A stretch of 54,610 nucleotides of DNA, taken from NCBI GenBank assembly GCA_043758125.1, contig JAYVOC010000276.1, positions 1 to 54,610 on the forward strand, given 5' to 3'. The DNA comes from Bacteroidota bacterium. Lineage in GTDB: Bacteria; Bacteroidota; Bacteroidia; AKYH767-A; OLB10. This document shows, one piece after another, positions 9,323 to 18,025 of this stretch. Both the position numbers and the translations under genes were made by a program. Each line of letters starts with the position of its first letter. Within the stretch, counting starts at the first letter, position 1. The notes beneath the pieces were generated by a model, which did not search any database, had not been told where the DNA came from, and saw nothing but the letters and a program-made list of their open reading frames with translations.

Positions 9323-9484
9323 AATATTTAATTTGAAATTTTTACAAAGGTAAATTCTCTATGGATTAATAAGTCAATTAGACGACTTTCTTAATAATAA
9401 ATTTTAATGCACAGAGAATAACATGATGATAATTCGATTTTTTTAAGATTTTTTTAAGATTTGTATAACGTAAAAACTGTTCAA

Positions 9485-10150
9485 TTATTCCATTCTGAAC
9501 TTTAAATAATGAATAGGAAATCCCTTTTTCATAAAGATTTTTTCATAGGTGGTTTGAATAGATAAGTTAAAGCCTTCAGGAGTATCACGGTACAAATCAT
9601 ACGTGCAAATTTCCATGGTTCCTTGCTCATTTTTCAGCTGATCAACTGTATACTGAAACAGTCCAATATTATCCGTTTTGAGATGCAGATAGCCATTTGG
9701 TTTTAAGACTTGCCGATATAGACTGATGAATCGAGAATTCGTTAACCTGCGGTTTTCACGCGTTAATTGAGGCTGAGGATCAGGAAAAGTAACCCAAATA
9801 TCATCCACCTCCTGATCGGCAAAAAACTGATTAAGCCACTCAATATGAGTACGAAGGAAGGCTGCTGTTAGGATATTTTCTTCGTTAATACTTTTAACTC
9901 CACGCCAAATTCTTGCACCTTTTATATCTACACCGATAAAATTTTTATCAGCATATTCTCTTGCCATTTCTACAGTATACTCTCCTCTTCCACAGCCAAG
10001 TTCGAGAATTAAAGGGTTGTCATTCTTAAAAATATTTTTGCGCCAATTCCCTCGCAAACCATGATCAGTTTTTAATAGTGGAAATGGATATTGGAAGATA
10101 CGTTCTAGGTGATTTAATTCCTCAAAGCGTTGAAGTTTTCTTTTTGACAT
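9485..10150 (-). CDS. trmB: tRNA (guanine46-N7)-methyltransferase
   Basis: The 221-aa product carries LELGCGRGEYTV, NFIGVDIKG, VTFPDPQPQ and LKPNGYLHLKTD, which are TrmB motifs. Confidence 0.92.
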   Translation of the reverse strand: MSKRKLQRFEELNHLERIFQYPFPLLKTDHGLRGNWRKNIFKNDNPLILELGCGRGEYTVEMAREYADKNFIGVDIKGARIWRGVKSINEENILTAAFLRTHIEWLNQFFADQEVDDIWVTFPDPQPQLTRENRRLTNSRFISLYRQVLKPNGYLHLKTDNIGLFQYTVDQLKNEQGTMEICTYDLYRDTPEGFNLSIQTTYEKIFMKKGFPIHYLKFRME

Positions 10151-10209
10151 ATTTCAGGTTTGCGAAAATACGATTGTGAAGTGGATGTGCAAAGGCCTAT
10201 TTTTGGACT

Positions 10210-11307
10210 GTGGAAAAAAAACAAGTTCATATTCTTTATACTGTTCTCGATTGGGGACTTGGACACGCAACACGCAGCATTCCGATAATAGAATATTTGC
10301 TTAAAAGTGGTGTCAAAATTAGTATAGCTGGAGAAGGGGATAGCCTTTTTCTACTTAAAAATAATTTTCCTCACCTAAATTTTTATCTGCTCAATGGGAT
10401 TCAAGTAAAATATTCTGCGAAAGGATTTTTGGTATTAAAGATGGCGTTATCGGTTCCTAAAAATTTAAAGGTAATTTATGAAGAGCAGCAACAAATAAAA
10501 AAACTTATTCATAAAATTAGACCTGATGCAGTTATCAGTGATAATCGATTTGGTGCGTGGTCGAAAATTATTCCTTCACTATTTATTACGCATCAACTAA
10601 ATATTGCAGCGCCAAAAAATTTACGATGGCTTGAGCCAATACTTTTTCGTATCAATAAATTTTTTTTAAAGAAATATACAAAAGTTTGGATACCTGATTT
10701 CGCAAATGAAATAAATTTATCAGGGAAATTGTCGCATAATCCTAAATCGTTACAACAAATAAATCATGAATTTATTGGACCGATTTCACGATTTACAAAT
10801 TGCATAAATAGTGAGATTAACGAATCGTATGAGTTACTAATAATTTTATCAGGACCAGAACCACAACGAAGTATTTTTGAAAAAAAATGTATTGAACAAT
10901 CATTAGCATTAAATTTAAGAACATTACTTGTAAGAGGTAAGCCACAAGAGACTTTAAATTATTCTGATCATAATTTAAAAGTGGTATCGCATCTTAAAAG
11001 TGATGCATTAAAATCTTTAATAATAAATACACTATATATTGTTTGCAGAGCAGGTTATTCAACAATAATGGATTTATCAAGTATCAAGAAATCGGCGCTA
11101 TGCATTGCAACACCAGGACAAACAGAACAAGAATATTTAGTGGATTATTTAATGGAAAATAAATTTCTTGTTTGTCAACAACAATCTTTATTCAATTTAA
11201 AATTAGGAATTGCAAAATTATCTGAATGCAAACCAATGCCAAGTACAAATCATTCACTCATGACGCTTGAAGTAGATCGATTTTTGAATGATCTTAAGAA
11301 GTTCTAA
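10210..11307 (+). CDS. Glycosyltransferase (GT-B, MurG/UDP-glucuronosyltransferase-like family)
   Basis: The GTG-started 365-aa ORF has an N-terminal ILYTVLDWGLGHATRS motif. A C-terminal CRAGYSTIMDL...PGQTEQEYL nucleotide-sugar binding pattern is also present. Confidence 0.7.
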   Translation: MEKKQVHILYTVLDWGLGHATRSIPIIEYLLKSGVKISIAGEGDSLFLLKNNFPHLNFYLLNGIQVKYSAKGFLVLKMALSVPKNLKVIYEEQQQIKKLIHKIRPDAVISDNRFGAWSKIIPSLFITHQLNIAAPKNLRWLEPILFRINKFFLKKYTKVWIPDFANEINLSGKLSHNPKSLQQINHEFIGPISRFTNCINSEINESYELLIILSGPEPQRSIFEKKCIEQSLALNLRTLLVRGKPQETLNYSDHNLKVVSHLKSDALKSLIINTLYIVCRAGYSTIMDLSSIKKSALCIATPGQTEQEYLVDYLMENKFLVCQQQSLFNLKLGIAKLSECKPMPSTNHSLMTLEVDRFLNDLKKF

Positions 11308-11317
11308 TGATTTTTTA

Positions 11318-11325
11318 TACATTTG
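11318..11325 (+). promoter_or_regulatory. Bacteroidota -7 promoter motif (TAnnTTTG) upstream of the cobalamin riboswitch
   Basis: TACATTTG matches the consensus exactly and lies about 10-15 nt upstream of the first riboswitch helix. No well-spaced -33 TTTG was seen. Confidence 0.45.
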
Positions 11326-11334
11326 CAATTCTAA

Positions 11335-11540
11335 GAGGTTCTAACATCTTCTCCATTATCGGAAGAGATTTTAGATTAAAAGGGAATCCGGTTGAAATCC
11401 GGAACAGTCCCCGCTGCTGTGAACTACAACTTAACAAACCATTTTTTGTTAGGTACCAAAAAGCAAAGTCACTGTTACTTATTTTGTAATGGGAAGACGC
11501 TTAAAAAGGGTAGTAAGTCAGAAGACCTGCCATTAGAATA
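11335..11540 (+). promoter_or_regulatory. Cobalamin (B12) riboswitch aptamer
   Basis: The conserved core AAAAGGGAATCCGGTTGAAATCCGGAACAGTCCCCGCTGCTGT lies at 11378-11420. GTCACTG (11468-11474) and GGGAAGACG (11491-11499) follow. The B12 box AGTCAGAAGACCTGCC is at 11516-11531. A candidate P1 pairs TTCTAA (11339-11344) with TTAGAA (11533-11538). Confidence 0.9.
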
Positions 11541-11741
11541 ATGCAAGATTAAGCTTTCGGAGGAAAGGCATCGCTTGGGACACGTTTCTTTCGCCTATTT
11601 GGCAAATGGAAATTATTTGCTTCCTTGCTATTCCGCTCATTAAAACTTAATTTTTGATTGTTTATTTTAGATTGCAGATTCGATCTTTAATCTACGAATT
11701 TAATAGTTTAATTGAGAAAAATATTTAAACAAAACATAATT

Positions 11742-12806
11742 ATGAAAAATAGTATTTTAAGTTTATTCATCGCTGTTCTCTTTCTTTCATCATGTAAAAA
11801 AGACAATGGACCTAATGATGGTATCAAATATATTCCATCTGGAATGTTTGTAGTTAACGAAGGTCAGTTTACGGGAGGAAATGCTTCTATTTCTTATTTC
11901 AGAACAAATAGTTCATATACAAATGTTGACCTTTATAGTGCCATTAACAATGTTCCGTTAGGTGATGTAGCGCAGTCAATGAGTATTTTTAATGGTTTTG
12001 GATACATCGTTTTAAACAATTCGAAAAAAGTAGAAGTAGTTAACATGAATGATTTTCATCGTTCGGGAACAATTAAAGGCTTAGAAAGTCCGCGACATTT
12101 TTTAGGAATTAATAACAACACTGGTTATGTTAGTGATTGGACAGCAAACAATATTAAAATAATAAATTTAGTAACGAATACGGTCACTGGAACAATTCCA
12201 TGTGGAGCTGGACCAGAAGAAATGTTGTTAACTAACAATAAAGTTTTTGTTTGCAATGTGGGTGGCTTTGGTAATGACAGTACTATAACGGTAATTGATG
12301 TAAATACAAATTCCGTTATTTCTACCATACAAGTTGGATTGAATCCGAATAGCATCAAACAAGATAAAAACGGTACACTTTGGGTGCTTTGTGGTGGTAC
12401 AATTGGTGCAGATTTTACACCAGGAACTGCGGATGATATAGGAGGAACATTGATACAAATTGATCCAACAACCTACTCCATAATTAAGCAATTAAATTTT
12501 GCTTCAGATCAACATCCTTTAAAAATGAATACCAATGCTGCAAAAGATAAATTGTATTATCTTCAAGGAAATTCAAGCACTACTGGGAAAGTTTTTAGAA
12601 TGTATTTAAGTAATGCAGTATTGCCAACTACTGCTCTAGTTAATCGTGAATTTTATGGACTTGGAATAGATCCTTTAAAAGAAAATATTTATGGAGGAAT
12701 TGGAAATTTTACTGTTAATACATATATCCTAAAATATCAAAGTAACGGTACGTTCGTTGATTCTTTAAAAGTTGGCGTTGCACCAAATGGATTTGCATTT
12801 AACTAA
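11742..12806 (+). CDS. Surface lipoprotein with a YncE/DUF5074-like beta-propeller. It is the only gene under the B12 riboswitch.
   Basis: I prefer the ATG at 11742 (MKNSILSLFIAVLFLSSCKKD, a lipobox) over the TTG at 11712 in the track. The VVNEGQFTGGNASISYF start and repeated V.V.D..T......I.VG..P blades indicate a propeller. A strong terminator follows directly. Confidence 0.8.
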   Translation: MKNSILSLFIAVLFLSSCKKDNGPNDGIKYIPSGMFVVNEGQFTGGNASISYFRTNSSYTNVDLYSAINNVPLGDVAQSMSIFNGFGYIVLNNSKKVEVVNMNDFHRSGTIKGLESPRHFLGINNNTGYVSDWTANNIKIINLVTNTVTGTIPCGAGPEEMLLTNNKVFVCNVGGFGNDSTITVIDVNTNSVISTIQVGLNPNSIKQDKNGTLWVLCGGTIGADFTPGTADDIGGTLIQIDPTTYSIIKQLNFASDQHPLKMNTNAAKDKLYYLQGNSSTTGKVFRMYLSNAVLPTTALVNREFYGLGIDPLKENIYGGIGNFTVNTYILKYQSNGTFVDSLKVGVAPNGFAFN

Positions 12807-12823
12807 CGAAAAATAAATTTTCA

Positions 12824-12860
12824 TCGGGAAACAAATAAATTATTTGTTTCCCGATTTTTT
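12824..12860. terminator. Bidirectional rho-independent terminator between convergent genes
   Basis: A perfect 14-bp stem pairs TCGGGAAACAAATA with TATTTGTTTCCCGA across a 3-nt loop. It is followed by TTTTTT on the + strand and by a T-rich run on the - strand. Confidence 0.85.
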
Positions 12861-13410
12861 ATGGCACAAAATTAAAATCAGGCGTTGTAATTACATTAGA
12901 TTTATTTTTTGCCCGATCTTTAATATAAATTTTGAATCTTCCAATAGGACTAAAAGTTATAGCAGTTAAAAATTCAATCTTCTTTGTTACTAATCCTTCG
13001 ATCGGTGAAGATTTCACTGATGGCCCGATATCCGGAATGAAATCGTTGAGGTCAATATAAACACTATCTTGAAAAACATTTACAGTATCGCAAGCATGTT
13101 GATTATCTGTTTTCCAAATTTTCTTTAATCGATAATCGCTACCAATTTTTTCTTCGTAGCCTACCATTAAATCATTTAAAGTAGTATCGCATATTAGCGC
13201 AGCCGCATTTCGTTCTGCTTTTGAATAGGATACATCTCCATTCGCATCATTAAACTTAAATACAAGTTCAACAGAAGTATCTTTTCCCATAACCCCTTTA
13301 AATGTAGTTAAGGAAACAAAAGTCACAATTGGTGCATCGCCTCCAGAAGTTTCCTTTTTACATGCTCCTAATGAAAGTGCTGCGAAGATAAGTATAAGGT
13401 ATTTTTTCAT
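12859..13410 (-). CDS. Small lipoprotein, paralog of the ORF at 14758-15210
   Basis: It has a lipobox (MKKYLILIFAALSLGACKKE). It shares PI..FVS.T, F.F.DANGD and a C-terminal IYIKDRAKNKSN motif with the other small lipoprotein. Confidence 0.7.
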   Translation of the reverse strand: MKKYLILIFAALSLGACKKETSGGDAPIVTFVSLTTFKGVMGKDTSVELVFKFNDANGDVSYSKAERNAAALICDTTLNDLMVGYEEKIGSDYRLKKIWKTDNQHACDTVNVFQDSVYIDLNDFIPDIGPSVKSSPIEGLVTKKIEFLTAITFSPIGRFKIYIKDRAKNKSNVITTPDFNFVP

Positions 13411-13461
13411 CTTGAATAATCATTGTAAAGATACTAAACCTCGTTATTTAAATCACTAATT

Positions 13462-14697
13462 TTATACTATTGGCTCATAAACAAGTGTTGATCTCTTCGA
13501 GGGCTTAAAGAGCTTTGTAGCAACTTGAGAAATTTGATCAGGAGTAACTGCATTGATGCGATCAAAAATTTCTTGTAACGGTACAATACGATCAAAATAA
13601 AGAAGTCCTTTTGTAATTGACAGCATCACGCTTAATCGATTTTCTTGTGCCATATTGATTTGTCCTAATAACTGCTCTTTGTACTGATGGAATAATTTCT
13701 TACTCAAAACAACATCACATAGGTTGCTAAGTTCGCGTTCAACAAGCATTTTTGTTTTCTCATAATTCTTAGCATCAGTGGCAAAATAAACATGAAATAC
13801 TCCAGTATCACTATATGCGTGATAACCTGATTCAATTGTATACGTGAACCCATATTTCTCTCTAATATTTAAATTTAGTCGAGAGTTCATTCCTGGCCCA
13901 CCTAACAAGTTATTGAGCAGTACCAAAACAAATCTATCTTTATCATGAAAAGAAAATCCTGGCAATCCTGACAGATGATGAACTTGATTTACTGCTCGAG
14001 GAACAATTTTAGTTACTGGTTTATAGACTTGAAATTTATCTCGAGGACTTTCTTTCTTGTTTTTTGTTTCTTTGCAAATATATTTCTCGGCAAGTTTAAT
14101 TACTTCTTCCATTCCACTACTCCCGCTTACAGAAAAAATCATCCGAGAAGGATGATAACATTGCTTAAGATAATCGATCAGATCACTGCGTTTAAATTTC
14201 TTTAAGGAGATTTCTGTTCCCAAAATTGGATGACCAAGTTCGTGTCCTGCAAAAATTAAATTTTCAAAATCATCAAAGATTTGTTCATAAGGATTATCCA
14301 TGTAAGTTCGAATTTCATCGAGAATTACATCCTTTTCCTTTTCTAATTCTTTTTCAGGAAATGTAGAATTAAAAATGATATCCGCAATTAACTCTACTGC
14401 TCTTTCGAGATACTGATTCATCACTGAAGCATGAATACATGTTTCTTCTTTTGTTGTATATGCATTTAAATCACCACCAATAACTTCTAAACGATTTAAT
14501 ATGTGAAAGGATTTTCTTTTTGTGGTTCCTTTAAAAAGTGCGTGTTCAATAAAATGCGCCAAACCTTCACGTCCATTCTTTTCATCTCTAGTACCTGCTT
14601 TGATCATCAATGCGCAATGAGTAACTGCAGTATTTGGATGATGTGTATAAACGACCCGTAAGCCATTTTTAAGTAGATGCGTTTCAACTGTTGCCAT
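13462..14697 (-). CDS. M16 (pitrilysin/insulinase) family zinc peptidase
   Basis: The inverted zinc motif HFIEH (GLAHFIEHALFKGT) is present. The downstream glutamate region (GGDLNAYTTKEET) is also present. The product is 411 aa and has no signal peptide. Confidence 0.9.
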   Translation of the reverse strand: MATVETHLLKNGLRVVYTHHPNTAVTHCALMIKAGTRDEKNGREGLAHFIEHALFKGTTKRKSFHILNRLEVIGGDLNAYTTKEETCIHASVMNQYLERAVELIADIIFNSTFPEKELEKEKDVILDEIRTYMDNPYEQIFDDFENLIFAGHELGHPILGTEISLKKFKRSDLIDYLKQCYHPSRMIFSVSGSSGMEEVIKLAEKYICKETKNKKESPRDKFQVYKPVTKIVPRAVNQVHHLSGLPGFSFHDKDRFVLVLLNNLLGGPGMNSRLNLNIREKYGFTYTIESGYHAYSDTGVFHVYFATDAKNYEKTKMLVERELSNLCDVVLSKKLFHQYKEQLLGQINMAQENRLSVMLSITKGLLYFDRIVPLQEIFDRINAVTPDQISQVATKLFKPSKRSTLVYEPIV

Positions 14698-14757
14698 TTT
14701 ACAAACTTAATTAAAAAATGAAAGATGGAAATTATCAGTTACAACAAAATTACTGAA

Positions 14758-15210
14758 TTACTTTCTAATAATTACATTGCCACTTGTAACAGTGTTGCTT
14801 TGATTTCCAGCTCGATCAACAACATAAATCGAAAATGTAGCATTTTGTACTAACGAACTATCTGTTAAAGCAACTGTTTTTAATTCAACATTAAAATCAC
14901 CATCAATGGCAATAGTAGAATTACTTGGAGATAATTGCTGAAGTCGATATTGATATTTTATTCCAATGCGATTATCAATCAAAAATAAATTTTTTGCATC
15001 AGGATTATTTTCGCCAAGATCACCATCACCATCCTTATAGTGAACAGTAAAAACCAAAGCTTGTTGAAACTCATGTACATCATTGGGTGTTACACTAACA
15101 AAATCAAGAATGGGAACTTTATTGATCGTTGTATCAGCCTTTTTGCAAGCCGAAATTAGCATTACAAAAACAAAAAATAAATAACGAATATTATTGAACA
15201 ATGAATGCAT
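14758..15210 (-). CDS. Small lipoprotein with a DGDGD motif, paralog of the ORF at 12859-13410
   Basis: I moved the start to the ATG at 15210, which gives MHSLFNNIRYLFFVFVMLISACKK (a lipobox). Motifs are PILDFVSVT, HYKDGDGDLG and IYVVDRAGNQSN. It overlaps the upstream gene by 20 nt. Confidence 0.7.
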   Translation of the reverse strand: MHSLFNNIRYLFFVFVMLISACKKADTTINKVPILDFVSVTPNDVHEFQQALVFTVHYKDGDGDLGENNPDAKNLFLIDNRIGIKYQYRLQQLSPSNSTIAIDGDFNVELKTVALTDSSLVQNATFSIYVVDRAGNQSNTVTSGNVIIRK

Positions 15211-16150
15211 AATACGTTTTATAATAATCTTGCGAATTATTTCGCGGAAATTCTGCATCTGTAGATTGAAATCCATCATTCACATAAATTCTAAAATAAA
15301 CAGTTGTTCCGATAGGCCACTGTGATGTATTTACTAATGCTTGCCAAAAAGTATAAGGAATCGGCGTTAACCATGTGCAGTTAATTGTTGTAGCGGCAGT
15401 AAAGTTATCCTTCTGGGTAGAGAATTTTATTTTATGCACTGTAAACATTGCAGGATCAGTTGCACCTGTTCCATCGGCAGTATCAAGAGCAAGAAATGGA
15501 AGATAAAAACTACTATTTGAAGGTGCAATAAACGGATTATAACTTATCCCACCATAACGAACAGTATCAATTCGTACATAATTAATATCAACAGCAAGAA
15601 ATCCAATTATAGAAGGTGGTAAGTTTGGCCGTTGAGGAGTATTACCATAACTATCTTTAGCACCATTCATGATCCATGTTTTTATATGGCTCACATCATT
15701 TGCAGATAAATGTGTACCATTACTTGGCATGTAATCACTCGTTAATGTTGTTATACGTTCATATAAAAATGAATGTTGATAATCGCTAGGAATAACACGT
15801 GTGGTAAAATAATTTACAGAATCTACTGTGGTTTTTTTCACTCTCATATAAACCAAAGTTGACCATGAACTTTGAACGGTTCTGAAGTCAGGTTCAAATG
15901 TTCCATCATGACAACCCGGATTAGCGCAACGCTTTGAAAAAATATTTTTATGCAGCCCAGTAATTGAATTAGAATCAGGAATTGAATCAGGATTATTCCC
16001 AAAATTATAATTCACATTAGCATAAGGATTTGTTGGAGCCTCCTCTTTCTTACAAGAACTTAATGCATTTATTCCCATCATTAATAATAGTAGAAAACTA
16101 AAATTAATAAACGAATTAAATTGTCGATGATTGTATTTTATCAATTTCAT
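15191..16150 (-). CDS. Lipoprotein with an N-terminal cytochrome-c-like (PSCyt1-like) domain carrying C-X4-CH
   Basis: The lipobox is LSSCKKEE. The domain reads IFSKRCANPGCHDG...SFLYERI...YMPSNGTHLSANDVSHIKTWIMNGAKD. This follows the C..CH ... S.L ... MP ... L ... WI..GA layout of the planctomycete cytochrome c domain. Confidence 0.65.
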   Translation of the reverse strand: MKLIKYNHRQFNSFINFSFLLLLMMGINALSSCKKEEAPTNPYANVNYNFGNNPDSIPDSNSITGLHKNIFSKRCANPGCHDGTFEPDFRTVQSSWSTLVYMRVKKTTVDSVNYFTTRVIPSDYQHSFLYERITTLTSDYMPSNGTHLSANDVSHIKTWIMNGAKDSYGNTPQRPNLPPSIIGFLAVDINYVRIDTVRYGGISYNPFIAPSNSSFYLPFLALDTADGTGATDPAMFTVHKIKFSTQKDNFTAATTINCTWLTPIPYTFWQALVNTSQWPIGTTVYFRIYVNDGFQSTDAEFPRNNSQDYYKTYYAFIVQ

Positions 16151-16165
16151 TTCAGCGAATTAATA

Positions 16166-17503
16166 TCAAATAAATGCTTGTTGTAAATCGCATGACTGAT
16201 AGGATTTAATACCACTTGTTCCAGGAATTGCTGTATCGAATCCTAATATATTAGCGATGACAGGAACTATATCTGTGCTTTCTCCTGCAATAGAATTAAT
16301 AACATATCCTTGTTTAACTACTGACGGCGGACCAACCACCATACAAAATATTTCGCGCGCTTTTTGATCACCAGTAATTGCATCTGAAGGAGCAGTATGA
16401 TCCAATGCTCTTCTTCCATAAGCATCTACTGTAGTATTAGGATTTGCATTGCGACCGTGTTCAGGAGCAATAATTAAAACTGTATCATTTGCCATTCCAG
16501 GAGTACTTTGAATTAGGCTCCATAAATGTGCGGCGGCATAATCTGCTTTACGTAAATTATTTGCGTAAGATGTAAAATTAAAATGTCCAATATCTACATC
16601 TTGCATATTAACAACCAATAATTCAGGCTTAAATTCTTTTATAATTTGCTCAGCATAAAAAACATTAAACATATCGTTATTCATACTCGGGCCCGCGCCC
16701 CAAGGATTCGCATATAAACCAGCTTGTGCATTCGCGTAAGAATCTGTAATAAACTTCTGCAATCGACCAGCTTCTGTTGCAGCATTTGTAACTCCTGCAG
16801 ATCCATCTACGAAAGTTTTATTAAATGAATGATTTACAAAATCACGTATGTTATAAATTGCTCCTTGCTCAGCACTCGTGAAATTGCGAGGGTTTCCTAA
16901 CACGTCAAATCCATCAGGACTAATTAGTGAAGTTGGTGCAATAAAATTAGCGCCGTAAGCAGGGCCGTAATCAGGATCTGAACTATAATTTAATGCGGGA
17001 TAAGGTCCTAATGTATTTGCAACCCACCAACTATTTAAAGCTGTTTGTTGTGGTGAATTATGCTTTCTATAATATTCAAAAATTGTAGGTTTGCGAGGAT
17101 GTTCACGCAAGTTTAAATCAACATCTACATACTGACCTGTTACTGCAACTGTATGTCCGTTGTAATGACCCGTAGGACCTTGACTGTATCGAAATTCTTT
17201 AAAAAGTGTTCCGAAATTTTGCAATGGTTGTGAGAGCGGTGAAACTGGTAAAATATCCATTGCTCCAGCAATATCACTAGAGATGGCTGCATTCCCTGAT
17301 AAAAGATTGGGCATTAAATTACCATCATTCATGTGAATGGATTCTGTATTTCTCACACCTCCAGCATATAGTAGAAATACAACATGATTTACTTTTCTTG
17401 CACCACTAGCCGCGAACAAACGACCCGACGGAAGTATATACGGTGAAGCGAAAGCTCCAACTGCAGCCATGCTCGCATTACGCAAAAATCTTCTCCTATT
17501 CAT
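16166..17503 (-). CDS. Tat-exported DUF1501-like protein (alkaline phosphatase/sulfatase superfamily)
   Basis: A twin-arginine signal is present (MNRRRFLRNASMAAVGAFA). Metal-site-like motifs are DVDIGHFNF and IIAPEHGRN...ALDH. The N-terminal VVFLLYAGGVRNTES fits the GG-type first motif of DUF1501. Confidence 0.65.
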   Translation of the reverse strand: MNRRRFLRNASMAAVGAFASPYILPSGRLFAASGARKVNHVVFLLYAGGVRNTESIHMNDGNLMPNLLSGNAAISSDIAGAMDILPVSPLSQPLQNFGTLFKEFRYSQGPTGHYNGHTVAVTGQYVDVDLNLREHPRKPTIFEYYRKHNSPQQTALNSWWVANTLGPYPALNYSSDPDYGPAYGANFIAPTSLISPDGFDVLGNPRNFTSAEQGAIYNIRDFVNHSFNKTFVDGSAGVTNAATEAGRLQKFITDSYANAQAGLYANPWGAGPSMNNDMFNVFYAEQIIKEFKPELLVVNMQDVDIGHFNFTSYANNLRKADYAAAHLWSLIQSTPGMANDTVLIIAPEHGRNANPNTTVDAYGRRALDHTAPSDAITGDQKAREIFCMVVGPPSVVKQGYVINSIAGESTDIVPVIANILGFDTAIPGTSGIKSYQSCDLQQAFI

Positions 17504-17535
17504 TTTCTTGCTTTTAAATATTTATGATATAAGAA

Positions 17536-18015
17536 TTAGTAATACCGATATTCATCACTAGTCATTAAACAATAATATATCACTGTTGGATTTATTATTG
17601 TATTCAATCGTATCTGTTGCTTTAAATAATATGATTCAAAAGCATTCGGTTCACGATTATAAAATTTCTTGTAGCTATTGTTAATAAAAGAAGTTGTATC
17701 GGAACCAATACCAGTTGGAATTAATACGCCTGGTGTATTTAATAAATTTCGAATGATACGATCTTCTATTAATTTTTTATCGCCAAAAGCAGTATACACC
17801 GTATTGAACTTTAACAAGTCACTTTGCGAGATGCTAACAGAAAATAAATCAGAATACGCTATAGAAATAAATTCCGTTGTGCTCTTGGAATTATTTTTTT
17901 CAGATCCTGTTTGCTTCACATTTACATCTTGCAATTGATAGATGTAATCATTTTCTTTTTTACAAGATGATTGTAAAAAGAGTCCAATAAGAAATATGAT
18001 TTTAATTTGTTTCAT
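17536..18015 (-). CDS. Small lipoprotein, function unknown
   Basis: The lipobox is MKQIKIIFLIGLFLQSSCKKE. The 159-aa ORF lies 10 nt downstream of the preceding lipoprotein gene. It has a weak DUF4214-like F...Y..LF........L segment. Confidence 0.6.
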   Translation of the reverse strand: MKQIKIIFLIGLFLQSSCKKENDYIYQLQDVNVKQTGSEKNNSKSTTEFISIAYSDLFSVSISQSDLLKFNTVYTAFGDKKLIEDRIIRNLLNTPGVLIPTGIGSDTTSFINNSYKKFYNREPNAFESYYLKQQIRLNTIINPTVIYYCLMTSDEYRYY

Positions 18016-18025
18016 AAGGCATTTC

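Noticed and set aside
9436-9462. About 2.5 tandem copies of an 11-nt unit, GATTTTTTTAA, between trmB and lemA
   Set aside because: It is too short and too AT-simple to call a repeat element. It may be a helically phased A-tract in the lemA promoter region, but I cannot support a function from sequence alone.
11307-11489. A 60-aa ORF starting at the glycosyltransferase stop codon
   Set aside because: It lies entirely over the conserved core of the cobalamin riboswitch, and the RNA element explains the sequence conservation. It has no plausible protein features.
15211-15279. An N-terminal extension of the 14758-15279 ORF (MMDFNLQMQNFREIIRKIIIKRI)
   Set aside because: The extension runs deep into the upstream gene. 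The internal ATG at 15210 gives a proper lipoprotein signal peptide (…FVFVMLISACKK), so the shorter model is preferred.
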